Assembly (NCBI GenBank): GCA_047967505.1
Contig: CM106538.1
Length of the DNA: 64,000 nt
DNA from: Dipteris shenzhenensis
Taxonomy: Eukaryota
Strand: one strand, 5' to 3'
Position numbers and translations under genes: made by a program
The notes under the pieces: generated by a model
The model's database searches: none
Seen by the model: the letters and a program-made list of their open reading frames with translations, nothing else
Told to the model about the DNA's origin: nothing
Shown: positions 1 to 14,750 of the stretch, piece after piece
Layout: every line of letters starts with the position of its first letter
Position numbering within the stretch: position 1 is the first letter of the stretch

Positions 1-930
1 TGTTGCTTCTACAAGAATTTAATTTTATTGTTATGCATACACCAGGTTCTACGCATGCCATTGCAGACTACCTATCCCATGTGGGAACGGTGAAACGACG
101 GACCTATTTTTTGGATGATTTCCTTGATGTAGACCTATTTGAAGTCAAAGCGAAAGTTCCATCCTTTTGTTTTGACATTGAATGATGATCTTGGAGATAG
201 TCATCCTTGGCGATCATCTATCTTGAGACTGACGCAAGTAGCTAGCCTTGCAAAGTCAAAAAGTCTGTGCTCCCACACGAGATGAAAGTAGCATTGCGCG
301 AAGCCTATTAGGGACTAGCTAATACACATTTTTCCATAAATGTAAAGGACGAAAGGTTTTACAAGCTTTTTTGGTGGCAGAAGATGCCTACAAATATACT
401 CGGCAATGTGATGCTTGCCAATGGTTAGGTAGCCAACCATTCGACACCGGATGTCGCACAACCCAATTCTAGCCATTGAGCTATTCCAGGAATGGAGCCT
501 TGACTTCATTAGCCCATTCAAACTAGCAGCCCAACGTACCGAAGATCGATACACGTTGTGGCTACCAACGACTGTATTAATTGGGTTGAAGCGCAGGCTA
601 TGTGCAATAATTCTGTTGCGTACGTGGGGAAACATTTCTTTATGAAATGATCATGACCAAGTGCGCATGTCCGACTCAATTGATCAGTGAGATAAGGGCG
701 GGCTTTTTTTGTATTAAATAATGCAGGAGCTTGTTACTGGCCACATGATTATTTACAAGAAGTCGACGGTGTACTACTCATAGCCAATAGACAGGCAGAG
801 TCTTTGAATAAGCTCCTATAGAACATAATGAAGAAGCTGGTCAATGAGAATAGAATTGATTGGGATGAAAAGATTTGCTCCCTCTTATGGGCTTTCTAAA
901 TAGCATACAAGGTAGCAACCGGAGGAGATT
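1..930 (+). mobile_element. Degenerate Ty3/Gypsy pol fragment (RNase H end and integrase)
   Basis: LLQEFNFIVMHTPGSTHAIADYLS (RNase H end), LFQEWSLDFISPF (integrase core), WDEKI..LLWAF*IAYKVAT; stops and frameshifts. Confidence 0.75.
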
Positions 931-2555
931 ATTGTACACACAAAATCAAAAGTCCAATTGATGTTAGTGGCAATTCCCTTCGCACCATTGACCACTTATG
1001 AAGTGGCACCTTTTAACCCGCAACCTCAATGCTCGGACCTTCCAAAGTGGCCAAGCTTGAAAGTGCCCAGTACTCATTAGATTTCTACACACCGAGACAG
1101 AGCATCGTGCTGAGGTTCAGAAGGTTAAAGCTGACATCGCATGCTTCATTTTCTTGCTAACTATAGCAATCTGGAGGATGATGCAATAAAAGAACAATGG
1201 GAAGTAGCTCATAGACAATCTCATAGCACTGCACTAGGACAGCTGTCGCGGGCAGAACACCTTAGGGCGTTGGATGGAAAATACAATGGTAAACAGTGGA
1301 AAGCCAATCCGAACAAAGTCTTTAGAAGCGCAACTCCACGCTTATGTGCAACCGCTAACTACCTCCCAAATGTCCATCATTGGAACGTTTACGGAGCTGT
1401 CGAACATCGTCTGGCAGGATCTAATGGAGACATGGGAGGACCATGTGGAAAGGCTATGGTTAATACTCCAACTCGGGTGCAAGAAGCTGGCGATACTCGA
1501 GGCGACCTAGATGCAAATATGGGAAGTCTAGCACTACCGAATAAAACTAGACTATTGCCATGAGCCAATGCATCAAGCAGTTTGGAAGTCAAGCTACCAA
1601 AGGCAAAGGCCATGGACAAGCAACCAATTGGGGATCAAGTGTTGGGAAAATCGTTTGGCGAGCTTTGTGTTGTGAGCTTTTAGAGCACTCCTAGAATTTT
1701 GGTGAGCTTTTTCAATCGAACCATATAAACTCAAGACTCATGTACCCCACTCGCATCATGAACATGTCCTTCAGATCCATCAACCACCAACTCAAAGCAA
1801 TCTTAATCCAACATGTAAATGTGTTTCCAACAACTGAGTAAGATGTCTGATGTTCATGGATACCCCAATAAGATGACTAGAAAATTAAGAGCAAATAGAT
1901 CAAGTATATTCTTTATCAAGAAACTTTAAACAATGAACTCATTGAATATCCTTATTCCATATCCACATCTAGATCATCTTGTTGAATTATGTGACCTTGC
2001 TTTGATATTCTAGAATAGAGAACCTATTTAAAAAAGATGTATAAGAGAGAATTTTTGTAGAAGTACATAAATTTCTTAGAGGATTCTAGAATAGAGCACC
2101 TAATAAAAAAGGAGGTCAAGAAGATATAAGTCATCTATCAAGCTCTCAAGTTTCCCATTTCTTAGCATAACATAAGTTGCAACTTCAATGTAATGGATAT
2201 CAAATATGCAATGCACCACATAAACTAGATCCTCATATTATATGGATATGTGTCAAAGACAAGCAATATTTCTCATACGTTGGATTTGGGGGTCTCTAGG
2301 ATCAATATTACTCCATCTTCTTGCTTGATGAAATATCCTATACTTGTGCATCATCTCCATCTATATTTTATTCCCCTCCCCTCCCAGTCAACATGTATGT
2401 CAATTGTAGAAATGGATTTTGCGACCAAGATATATCAAAAAGTAATGGTATCTTTATTCTTCACCATTTATAGTATCCTAATGCATACATAACCTCATTA
2501 TCTCAATGATAAATAATTTGTGAAAACAATAGTAAATGTATGTTAAATCCCTTAT

Positions 2556-2884
2556 AAAAACCAAAACTTTATGAAGGATGCAGAATTATACAATTTTGAC
2601 ATTGGAAATGAGCTCATAACGCCCAAAAACTACCAAAATGGTTGTAAACATGGATACTTTTTGACTACTTCTCAATATGTGTCTTGCTTCCTAGTACAGA
2701 TGAAAAATGGGCTTGAGCGCAAATGAAAAATGGGCTTGAAAAGTGTCCTTCGAGGCAGGACACATATTGGAAGTCGTCAGAAAGTATCCATGTTTACAGT
2801 CATTTTAGAGGTTTGGGGACGTTCTGAGCTTATTTCCTGTGTGAAAATTGCATAATTCACATCCTTCATAAAGTTTTTGTTTTC
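2556..2884. repeat. Long imperfect inverted repeat (about 135-bp arms, 2556-2690 and 2751-2884)
   Basis: Left arm aaaactttatgaaggatg...gtaaacatggatacttt...caatatgtgtc is the reverse complement of the right arm; loop holds two copies of atgaaaaatgggcttga. Confidence 0.85.
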
Positions 2885-4149
2885 ATATCAAGACTAAAGT
2901 CTACAAATCTTATTTACCTTATCACCATTTTAAATTTTCTTATCATGGCATTAGTTTATATAGAGTTTTGGGCTCAAACTACTTCAAGCTAGAAGGAGAA
3001 TATATGAAATTTGATGTTTCATTTTATTTTAAACTAATTCTTGTTTTGAAGAAGAATTTTTTGCTCAAACTACTTCAAGCCAATAGAGGGGATGTACTTC
3101 TAGCCTCCCTAAATGTTTGCAATGATTTGGCATTTAGGAGCTAGGATTTCTAGCTAGTTGCGAACAGGTCATTTGGAGATGTTTTTTGTGTGGATTGCCT
3201 TCAAGGTTTTAGCATTTGGTCTTGGCAAACACATGTTTTTAGATGTCTCGGACATGTCATTTGTATGTTGTACTTTGGGGTATAGTTTGGTTTAAAGCTA
3301 TTCTCCATTATTGTATCCAATCCATGTGAATTTCACTCAATGGTGCCATTTCTAAAAGGCATCTTTAGTGATATTTTTTGACTATGAAGAAGAGGGTTTG
3401 GAATTATAGTCTTGAGCATAATTGGCTTTGGGGAGTTTGGTGTCTTAGGGGGAGTGCCGGGGAGAACAGTTAGACATATGGGGGGATGTCATGTGCGTGC
3501 ATGAGCCTTCAAGAAATACCCCTATATATCGATCTACTATGACTTCATACCCCTATATACATCATATAATTGCCCCAAATTCAACCCCTTTTGTATGTAC
3601 ACGTTTCTTAAAAGTAACTAAAGTATAAAACACCTTAGTTTACTAGCTTGAGAATCATGTGTGTGTGTGAAACACCACCATCAAGCTAAAAACAATGTGA
3701 GCAAGAAAAAGATCTAGAACTCCTTTGTTTAACAACTTGAGAACCTATGGGTCCCTACCCCCACCCCCTTGCATGCCCCTATATTCCTCTACATATATAT
3801 ATATTTTTTGTATACTAAAATTTAAAAAATACCCCTCTACGTGGTTTGGTATATATTTGAAGTGTCCCTTCCAAGGGGGGAGTGTCCTTGTTTTGGGGAT
3901 TGCTTGGTTGTTAATGTGGTGGCATTGATGTGTAGGGCACACGCTTAAGTTTAGGGACAATAGATTGACTTGGTATTACTAGTCCCAAAATCTACAATCA
4001 ATCGCATCACAGTGGTAGATATGTAATTAGCTTATACATTATAGATGTTATTAGTTTATATGGTTTGGTTGAAAAAGGTCACCAAAATTTGGGGAGCCCA
4101 AAGGCTCATGACAAAAAACTCACAAAAAATCCACACCTAGTACAAATGC

Positions 4150-7100
4150 CCTAAGCTTATTGACTAATATTGCCTAAGGATCCTCCACACAAGATTTGAT
4201 CATTGAGATCCTGAAGGTGCAATCCCTTCAGCAAAATTATGATGTGGAAAAGACCAATTTGGCGGCAAGGAAGCTGGCGTACAAAGAGGAGCACAGAAAA
4301 CCACCAAGCAGGTCGAAGACTAGCCATATAAGATTTGATCCCAGAAGGAGCAGAATAGTGTATTGTGCGCTTGGCTCTTGACAATAAGGGGCTAGCCGCC
4401 AGATGATGGGGACCCTCTAGTTGCCCCTTTCACTTTTGATAAACTACCTCTAGCTCCACCTTCGACAAATGCTAGACTCATGTTACCACAGCTTTGACCT
4501 CTCCAAATCCACCTCGATCTCATCTTGCCAAAGAAATCTAATGGTCTTGGGGCAAACTTGTGGATTTGAAAACTCAAAAGGCACTTTCCTGAGACTAGGC
4601 TGGCCTTGTACAAGATTTGACAGTCATCAACTCCACGCAATCCATCAAGCATGCTTGGGCATCTGACACCTCGCCAATATAATGTCCATAGCCCAAATAC
4701 CACAACCACGATTGTACAAAGCAATTTCCAACTTTGTGTAGCATTGTGGACAGAATCTAGCCCCATTGCCTCAACTCTAGCTTTCACAACCTTTGCAACT
4801 TGCTCTTGTTCTTGCTCCCACTGTCAAACCCTTAGATGAAGATCTTAAGAGAAATGCATTGATGATTAATGCAATAATCCTAGGTCGGCTCCTTGTTATT
4901 GTAGAATGTGTTGATGATTTCATGTTCCACTGGGAGTGCCAAGTGTTGAGTGGATCCATACATAGCCAATTGCTCGGACCACTAGATACTTGAAGTGCAT
5001 CTTAAAATGAACCCGATCCCCTGGGTTATTAATCGTTGATTACGATTGTAAGTCTCGTTCAAGGTCTTCAATATAAAATAATAATTTAGGGCTTTAATCT
5101 CTGTACATCGGCATTCTTATTCAAAGGAAGACCGTTGGTTGAGTGTGAGAGGATATATTTTTAAGAGCATGATGCTCTAATGTAGTCGGCTGTCCATCGT
5201 ATCAAGTCGTTAATAGATTCCCTTGTACAAGTTTTTTCCAGAACTGAGTAGAGGACTATCCTTTTGTACATACTGAATACTTTTTCAAATGTTGTCTGTG
5301 AGTTTCCGTGTTTCACTCCTTTCCTTGCAATGCGACACTTTAATTTCTAGAACAATCTAATGTTTGGATGGAAATGTAATCTTGTTAGCAGAGTGGAAAT
5401 CCGTTAATAGTGCTCCATCACAATCCTACTTGTAATACATAGTGAGTTTTTGATTCTCCAATAAAATGTCCTCTTGCGAGGCTGGTTCCCCTCTTTGAGC
5501 ACAATTTCACGTCCATGTGTAAGAACCCTTTTGCGCAAGGCCTTGTCTGCTCACACTAATGATAGAGTTGGGCTTTAATTAAACTATATTTCCATGCTTT
5601 CAAGGCAAGCTATCAGGACATATTCTTGGAAAACATGGCTTGTGATAAGTACCAGAGCATGACATCATCCTCGGTTTCATAAATATCAACTGCAAATAGC
5701 TGAGCATCTAGGTGCTCAATGGTAACACCTTGAGTTTGGTTTGATGTAGGTAGACGTGAAAGACAGTCTACACTAGTGTGCAACTTTCTCAATTGTGGAT
5801 AATCTTGAAGGTGTATTATTGCAATATCACCCTTGGATGATGGTTTTGTTAATCAAATATGGACCCTGTAAACCATCCCAGATCCTCTCTTTGATAGTGC
5901 TATAATTGCACTTAGATAGAGTCAGTAATCTAGCTTACCATCTAATTATGCTAAGATAATACCAGTGGCATACACGGATGCATCAACGTGCATATGGCAG
6001 ATTACATTGGGATGCCTTAGAATTGGTGTCATAGTCGCTTATTGCTTAAGAGCTTGGAAAGATGTTGCCAACTCTTCATTCTACTAGAACTTTGCGTCTT
6101 TATTAGTGAGCTCATAAAGAGGTGTTGCAATTTTGGCAAAGTCCTTCACAAAACTCCTTTAGAAGCTATTGAATCTAGTAAATGATATGCATTGTGTCAA
6201 ATTCATGTGTTCTAGCATCTGCTCTATTGCTTAGATCTTGGAAGGCTTGGCTTGTATGCCTTCTTTGGAAACAATGTACTCGAGCATGGTGTCTACTTTG
6301 AAACAAAAGACACACTTAATTGGGTTAAGAGAGGTTCTTTCCTGCTTGCATTTGGCAAATAATTTTTCAAGGCAAGCCATGTGATCAATGATTTCCGCGT
6401 AAACACAAAAATCATCCAAGTAAATTGCTATGGACTCGGTCAGGTACTCCCCGAAGGCCTCAACCATAAATAATTGAAAGGTAGATATTGCATTCTGCAA
6501 CCCAAGAGGCATAACATTGCATGCATAGGCATCCCCCTCATTGATGAATGCGGTCTTCTGTTGCTCCTCAGGTTCCAAGGAAATTTGATTGTAGCCACTC
6601 TACCCATCCATGAATGAGTACATTTATTGACCTATTACTTGGTCTAGAATGCTACTGATGAAAGGGCTAAAAAATGGATCCCATACCATTTGAGCATATA
6701 GCATTGATATCCACACCTACTCTTAACATTCTTATTTTCCTTGGGAACTATCATGATTGGGAATAACCAAAATCGCTTTGATTTACTGTGAAACCTAGCT
6801 TGATCATTTGATCAAGCTCAGATTTTACTTGCTTGGCACAATTTGGATTCCTTCAATACCTCTACTATTGAATTGGGTTGGCATCAGGTATCATTGGGAT
6901 CTAATGTAAACATATTTCAGGTGGCACTCCTCGGAGATAGCTCTAAGGAAAACATCATTATACTATATGAAAAGACTTTTAATAGTATGGAGTTTCTCAT
7001 CAATAACATTTTTACGAACTAGCATTGTGCGTGGCTCTTCTTCAGCATTGCTCTTAAGCATCTTAATGCTTTCCAACCACACCTTGCATTATGCCTTAGT

Positions 7101-8615
7101 ATGACTATCTTATCTTGGGTGGGGACCTTGGCCTTGGAGTTGACCTCTAGCACCTCGTCCTTTGCCTTTTTGCTTGGCCTTGCTCGGGCCTTGATGGGGG
7201 CTCGTATTTTGGCTTAACTTCCTGAGCTCCCAGATTTACATCCACTATGTGTTTGTTGGCATACCAACACTTCGAGCGATCATGCCTGAATTTGGTGCAT
7301 GCATCATAGTTAGTGGTTCTGCATTCCGGCTTGGTGTGGCGATGATGTGAGCATCTATCAAACCACTTCCCGATGTTTTTGGGACTACTTGGAATACAAA
7401 ATTCTTGCAAGGACCTTTTGAGCTTGGAAGTGAGTTTATTATTCTTTGTTGATTTTTGAAGCATTATTGTCCGTGCTTTCCTCACCTTTATTTTGCTCCT
7501 TGTGATTGGTTGCTCCATTGTTCTCCATGGCAATGGCTTGATTCTAGAGCTCATCATGTGTCTTGTTTGCATTCACAATATCAGGTGAATGCAAGTCCAT
7601 TGCAAGCCACTAATCAATCTAGTACATAATGAGTTATCATCCGGTGGTCTACTCAGTTGATTGATGAGGGCCTTCATTCATATCACAAAATCTTGTATGG
7701 GCTTATCTTTCCTCTGCTTTAGTCATTCATCTTGGTTCAAACATCTTCCTCATTGATGCCTTGCCCAAACCTTCTGAGGAATGCCTCTTGTCTAAACCTC
7801 ATTGGTCTATTGCCTAAACCTCCTTAGGAAATCCTCAGACATGTGCTGCCAATTCGTGAATTAGCCAATCAAAGACTGGTTGAACCATTTTTGGATATTC
7901 TTGACTAAGGTATACAAGTCAAAACCTTGTCATGATTAGGGGTGTTAACCCTATGGCAACAAGGGCCAGAAGTACAGTCTAGGACAATAACTATGAGAGC
8001 ATTGTGTGTGTAGAATAGTAGCAAAGCTCCGCTTGTAATATCTTGAGCCTGAAAGATGGTATGATAAATCTTAAAGGAGTTAGTTGAACCCCTAGTTGGT
8101 TAGTCTAGACTCAAATTAGTTAGGGTAACTAATGGTAGTTAGAGAATTAACTGTAGTTTTTGACCCATCAAACTGACTCAGTTGCACTAACTAGCACTTA
8201 CCCCAACTCAGTTGGGGGTAGTCCTTGCAAGCTCAGGTCCTAAGAGGGCACGGGGTAAAAGGATTTTGGGTCCTCTCGAAGTAAGTGTGGTCGCGGTGGG
8301 CGAGCCGCTCTTCTTCTCTCCTTAGCGAGGAGCTCCCTTGCATTAAGTGGTCATGTCCTCCACCATGCACTTTTGCTCGTGTGAATCCTTCTCAGTCGTG
8401 ATGGTGGGGGGCTCGATGCCATGGGCATTCAAGGCTCCCCCATGTGTATAGTTGTACACCTCTAGGGGTTTACCCAAATGTATGCAAGTATGCCATTACT
8501 CCTTTAATCACGGGGGGGCATAGCTCCTTTCGGGTTTTTTTCTTTTTAATCTAAATGTATGGACCTCCAATTACCAAATTCCCAAGGGAATTCATACCCC
8601 CTAGCTTGATACCAG
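4150..8615 (-). mobile_element. Degenerate Ty3/Gypsy element (gag zinc knuckles, RT, RNase H)
   Basis: 6231-6578 KTAF...MPLGLQNA...IYLDDF (RT); 7147-7572 two CCHC-like knuckles; RNase H HVDAS-like segment near 5980; degenerate tRNA-iMet PBS (tggtatcaagc on minus) at 8604-8614. Left boundary approximate. Confidence 0.75.
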
Positions 8616-8990
8616 CATTTTAATTATCCCATTCAACCATTTTGCGGTTTCTTCTCATTACATGTATATGTTTCTAGGAGTGTATATCCCGTTAGCTCAA
8701 AAACATGCTTACATAACTATGGAGTGCATCCCATGTGTGTTCCTCAATGTTCATGTAGGTACTTAGGTCATTAGTACCTTCCATGTGTTTATTGTGGCCC
8801 GGCATGTGCTTATGGTCCTAGCAGTGCTGGGTCGGTGCATATCATGCCATCTCAGGCATCCGCATGCATGCACATTAACTCAAAGGTTCATGGTAGATCG
8901 GGGCATTGTACATCATAGTGCCCCATGGGGTCCCACCTAATGGCCCCCTAGATTCCCCTTTTCTTTCCATTCCAAAGCAAGGGGAGGGAG

Positions 8991-9194
<204 letters not shown>

Positions 9195-9200
<6 letters not shown>

Positions 9201-10035
9201 TTGTGGTTGAAGGGAGAGGTTGAATGCAATGTGAGCATGCCAAGCATCATCCTTTTGGAGACTATACCTAGCATCTAAAATCCCACCCACTAGCTAGAGG
9301 TTGTTAGAAAAGGATTGCACTCTAGAGGTGAGTCTAAACTTTCTTGAAAGATGGATGAATAGGAGGGAGCGAGGTGGGATCGATGGTACATGATAATTTC
9401 AAGGAGTGATGGAAGTAGCAAGGCAAGAAGGGGTAGTTGCTCTTTGTGAAGAAGATCAACAATCTATGGCCTCTTGTAGAGGTGATGAGGGAGGATGATC
9501 CAAAATCTTAAAACTCAAAGATCTTCTGCTCAATAGACAAGGAAGTTGAGGTGGGATTCTTGGAGGATGAATCCATAGCATCGACGATGGGATTGGTGAC
9601 CAAGAAAGATAACACGATGATTAGAGCATCCATGTGGCACTTATGAGGCTTCATTTTGAAAAAATGCCATCAACCTTGCCTTTGTCGCATGAAGCCGCAA
9701 GCATCCACAACCATGAAGCCACCATTGATACCATCAAACTGTCCAAAGCATGTGTGTGAGGTTGAGGGGAGATCTTGGGTGTTATGTTGTCCCTCTGTTG
9801 TCCAAGCTTTATGATATTGAAAGTTTGTGTGTGTGGCTAAGGGGAGTGGTTGAGCATAAGGCAAGGATATAGCGCATCAACATCCTTTTGGAGATTAGAT
9901 GTGGCATCTATAATCTCATCCTCTAGCTAGAGGTTATCAAAAACGTGTTGGCACTCTAGGGGTGAGTCTAAACTTGCCTAAAAGATGGATGAATAGGAGG
10001 GAGTGAGGTGGGATCGAGATGGTACATGACAATTT
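9195..10035. repeat. Diverged direct repeat of about 200 bp (9195-9400 and 9825-10035)
   Basis: Shared catccttttggaga...ctagctagaggtt...gtgagtctaaactt...aaagatggatgaataggagggag.gaggtgggatcga. Confidence 0.8.
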
Positions 10036-10559
10036 TGAGAAGAACTAGGCCTATGCCCCCATAGAATGTTGCAATTACTTTGAACCTCTAGGCAAGCACC
10101 TGCTACAAACTATGAACAATCAAGATTTGTACCACATTCAATTTGAGGTTTTGTTATCTTCATAGTTTCGGCCTAGTCTACATAATCTATTTGAAGTCAT
10201 TTACCTTCAATGAAATTGATCCATTGATCATTGAGGTGCACACACTGTGAAGAATGATGTTGAACAGGTAGCTTCTTGATGCTACCAGCAATTTGTTTCA
10301 ATGCACCAATAGAATAGTTTGTGTGATTTTGAGTTCATCAATACTAAAAATGTGGCTAGGACTATGGTAGCGCTTGCCATGTACTATGCTAAAAGGAATG
10401 GGAGTGAGCATAACTGCACACTTGATGAATTTGATGATGTGGATAGTCCCCCCCCCCCTTCTCTCTCTCAATGGGTTTTCACCTTCTCTTGGCTTGGTTG
10501 TATATAAGAAAACCATCTGATTAAAAATGATATACAAATGGAAAGCCCATCTACCTAAA

Positions 10560-10833
10560 ATTGAAAATGGTATACAAATTATGGGAAGCCCATCTAGCTA
10601 AAATTAAAAATTGATAGTCTATACATCCTACCTTGAGATCAGCCAAGACAAGGAAACTAAATCTTGCCTTGGACAAAGAAGAAGAAAAGTCTGTATACAT
10701 CGGCAAACAGCTCACTCTAGAAGAAGAAAAAGAATTAAAAGCATTGCTGATGGAATATAGAGATTGCATGGCTTGGTCCTACAAAGAAATGAAAGGGATT
10801 CCCCCTGAAGTTACAGTATATACCATACCATGA
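10560..10833 (+). mobile_element. Gypsy pol fragment (protease-RT linker)
   Basis: VYIGKQLTLEEEKELKALLMEYRDCMAWSYKEMKGIPPEV, typical Athila/Tat-like pre-RT segment. Confidence 0.7.
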
Positions 10834-10834
10834 C

Positions 10835-12220
10835 TACTTTAACTTTAGCCCATTTTGTAAAATAATTAGGGCCACAATGATGTAGCGTGCCTGTGTTCCC
10901 TTTGCTGCTGCTGCTAGATGGATGGGACCCACAAAATCAATCCCCCATTTTTCAAAGGTTTTTTGTTCAATGACTGTTGTTAGGGGATTGAAGTCTTTGT
11001 CTTGTGGTTTAGTAGTCCATTGGCATACATCACAGCTTTTGGCGTATTCATAGACATCTGCCCAAAGTGTTGGCCACTAGTATCCTCTGAAAAGTGCTGG
11101 TTCTTTCCCTTGGAAATGTCTACTCGCACTGCCTTCATGGGCTTTGGAATGATCTCATGTAGCATTACACATCTCCTTAAAACCTAGTCCTTGTCCATCT
11201 TGTAAAGTTGCCCTACAATGAGTTGATAGGGTACAACTTTTAGAATTAGTTTTTTAGCATCCATTGCTTTCATTTCAAGAGGTGGTCTTCCTGCCATTAA
11301 GTACCCAATGATATCTGCACACCAGTTAGGCACAGTGTCTATTTGAAATAATGTGACATCTTATAGGTCATCTTGCATTCTTTTTGGCTCTTCTCTTGTC
11401 ATTAATCATGACATGTGATCAGCAATGAAATATTGAGCTCCTTTTCTCACCACGATTTTGAAATTGAATTCTTGTTGCAATAGAAGCCTGAGTGGTCTGA
11501 CCTATGGTACATGCCCGATTCATAAGATATAATAAGGCTTGATGGTCTGTGTAGAAGATAAAGTCAGTATCCAATAGATAAAGTTAATGGCCAATAGATA
11601 GTGTCAAAATTTCTTCACACTATAGATCATTGCCAAGGCTTCTCTTTCTATTGTGGTGTAATTCACCTCCGCATCATTTAGCTAGCTGCTTGCAAAGTAT
11701 ACTGGGTAGTCTTTGTTGTGTTTGCCAAGTTGACATAACACATTCCCTACTGCATAATTAGAACCATCCGTATGTACATGAAATTCTATATCCCAATTTT
11801 ATGTCATTAGAACAAGGGCTATGATCAATCTCCACTTGAGGGTTTCAAATGCTTGTTCCCATTCGTCTATCCAAATAAAGTTCACTAGGAGCTTATATAG
11901 GGGCCTTGCAATCATGGCATACCTCAATATGAACCTTCTATAGTATATGGCATGGCCCATGAAGACTTGGACTCCCTTGGCATTTAGTGGGGGAGGAAGT
12001 TCCATGATGATCTTTATTTTGTCCATGTCAGTTGCAATTCCATGTTGAGAGACTATGTGTCCCAAGACTACTCTGTGTGTGACCAAGATTTGGCATTTTA
12101 GAGGAATCAAAGAGATTCCATACTCACTGCATTTTTTTAGTACTACTTCAAGGCATTTCAAGTCATCCTTTTCTCTTGAGTGTATGTATAAGTCGTCGAG
12201 GAAGACTTGTAGGAATCCAT
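10835..12220 (-). mobile_element. Degenerate Ty3/Gypsy RT-RNase H-integrase fragment
   Basis: VFLDDL (RT), LGHIVSQHGIATD, FHVHTDGSNYAVG (RNase H), KWGIDFVG integrase core near 10940. Confidence 0.8.
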
Positions 12221-13259
12221 TGAAAAGTAGAAAGATACTTGCTTTGATCACACACACGACACCCTCATCAAAAAAATAGTAAAATGCATTAACCACTCAC
12301 AAAAGAAACAATCACTCTTAGCACATGGCACTATATTGGCACTGTCAAACTAGGACTTGATTCATGTGTGAAATGCCAAGGTGAAGACAGTCCAATAACA
12401 TGGGAACAAGGATGATTTTTTCATGTTAGTTTTGTTAAGAAGTGAAACTTTTATATTGGCATCAAAAGTTTATATACCCAGATTTGAAACTTTTCCCAAG
12501 ATTTACATATTTTCTTGGAAATTCAAAAGAAATTATATGAAATCATATTATGTTTTGTCAATATCATGAAACTAAAAAAAGTATCTCGATAAACTTTACC
12601 AATATTTTATATTAATGTAAAAGTATAGCTTCCATAAAAACATCCATGGATATGAAAAAGTACTACAACAACATCGACAAAGTGACACCATGCCAAATGG
12701 CCCAAACCTCAACCTCAACAACCCTCCTTAAATCACCAACCTGAATAAGGACAAGGTCCAGAATCACCAAGCCAGAGGTCAGCACCAAAATGACCATGGC
12801 TAGTGGTTCTTGGATAGTCATATTGATGAGCAAATAAATGCAACATGCCAAGAAGATATGGCATAGAACCTAAGGATCCTACATTTGAGAAAAATTGAGG
12901 CAAAGCAATTGACTATGTAGGATGCAAGTGTAGAACACCTTGATGGACCAAACCAACAAAGAGATAGCAATAGATAAAACAATACAGCTTGTATGGCCAT
13001 GAGTCTCAATGTTTGCCATGTCACCCGATGCATACAACTAGCTCAGTGCTTGGTCTGTGCACCGACCCGCTGCTTGCAAGGGTGCTCTCCTTGTGAAGAT
13101 GCCCTCTCTTGCACTCCTTGAGTTTCTTGGCACATAGCATCCTATTAGTGCTTAGTTATGGGAAATGAACATCGTCTACTGAGTTCACTACGAGAGTGGA
13201 CATAACTGTATGAAGACATGTGAACAAGCAAACAAGCTGATAATACGAGGAGAGGAGTA

Positions 13260-14750
13260 TGAAATGAAACCAATTTGTATTACTTATAAAAATGGGCACT
13301 TAGCCCATTGCAAATAACCATAGCCATAGAGTCATGCATGTGCAATGAGGTGTCGGTGCAACTCACTCTTACTGGCCTCAGCTCAAGCCACCTACCCATC
13401 TCTCTAAGCAACACCAGCTTGGTATCCTACCATTTGAGAGAGAAAGAAAAATTCTATTAATGCTTGAAAATACCATCCAAACAGCTTCCAAAAGGAGCTA
13501 CAGATCAAAGTACAAAAAGAGAATAGGTTGCCAACTATAGGGAAGCCCACATGTTTTTTGGATCTCACAGCTCATTGCCTAGAGAGATTCTAAAAACAGG
13601 ACCTAGCAACCATGGTGGTGGTCTATATATCTAGTTAATACCCCTAGATTCATGCATGCCAAGCTTGGTAAAAGCGTTCCCATCTTTTGGTGGCGGTCAC
13701 TCTCGAGGCTGGAGTACACTCCCTAATGGTGCACAAAGTGAAGATGATGTCCTACCATATGGCTACTGAGGTAGCCATCGGAGAAACCAATTGGCCTCCC
13801 ATAACCCGGCTACAGCAAGCGACCCATATGTTCCAAACGGTAATGCTGCATACTGTCTCCCAAATGCTATCCTCCAGTAAAGGCTATGGGCATGACCGGG
13901 AGGGTTAAGATGCATCATGGATATCTATCTAGGAGACTTGATGTCCATGTATCTTGTATGACAGTGAGACAAGATCAATTGAGAAGGATTATCATCCCTT
14001 CGAGAGGTAGGCCACCATCCCCCAAGTGAAGTCTCTCATTGTCCTCTCTGTACAAGCCACAATCCTAAGGGAAGCCAACCCTCATTGTGTGACCGGGCAT
14101 CCCCATAGGTGATGGGAAATCATCTCCATAACTCCTTTCGTGCAATAGATGCATCTCACCTAACATTGTTTTCTAAGCACTCAAACTCAAAATACTCGAC
14201 CCCATTCTCTCTCAAGTTCCTTACTTAAATAAGAGATGTATTGAGCATGGTAAAAGGCTGCCAATCTCTCACCTTTAGCCTATTTTTCCTCTTTGAAAAC
14301 AACTTCATTAAGCCCATATTTACATCCTTTGATAGGGGCCCCCTCCAACATAGCCAAGTTAGCCATCTTCAGAGAATCACCTTTTACACACTCCAAAAGG
14401 CAAGACAAAAAACTCAGTGGTGGTGAGACCATCAAGGCCAAGAGATTTATTACATTCTAGACAATCCAATGCCTCCCAAAGATCCTACTCTGAAAAAGTT
14501 CTTTTGAGCCCAGCTCTCTCAGAAGCCAGGACTCTTTGATCCAAGTCCCTCGGCATTCTTTATTGTCATGCAAAGGTATGCAAGATCATGACAAAATAGA
14601 GACATTTGGATCAATTCGCAAATTTCTTTCATGAGGAGAAAGTAAAGTAACATTGAATACAAAAGCAAATTGAGTTTGGATTCCTCAAAAGTTTATGTGC
14701 CAACATGAGGAGAGCCACCCATTTTACCACCATATGCAAAATAGTTTTAC
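13260..14750 (-). mobile_element. Highly degenerate L1-like LINE 3' remnant
   Basis: Minus-strand LGGIGL motif near 14470 and Trp-rich fragments; 3' end loosely resembles that of the L1 at 52790. Confidence 0.35.

Noticed and set aside
1141-1563. 140-aa ORF after the integrase remnant
   Set aside because: No recognisable motif; lies within degenerate retroelement DNA
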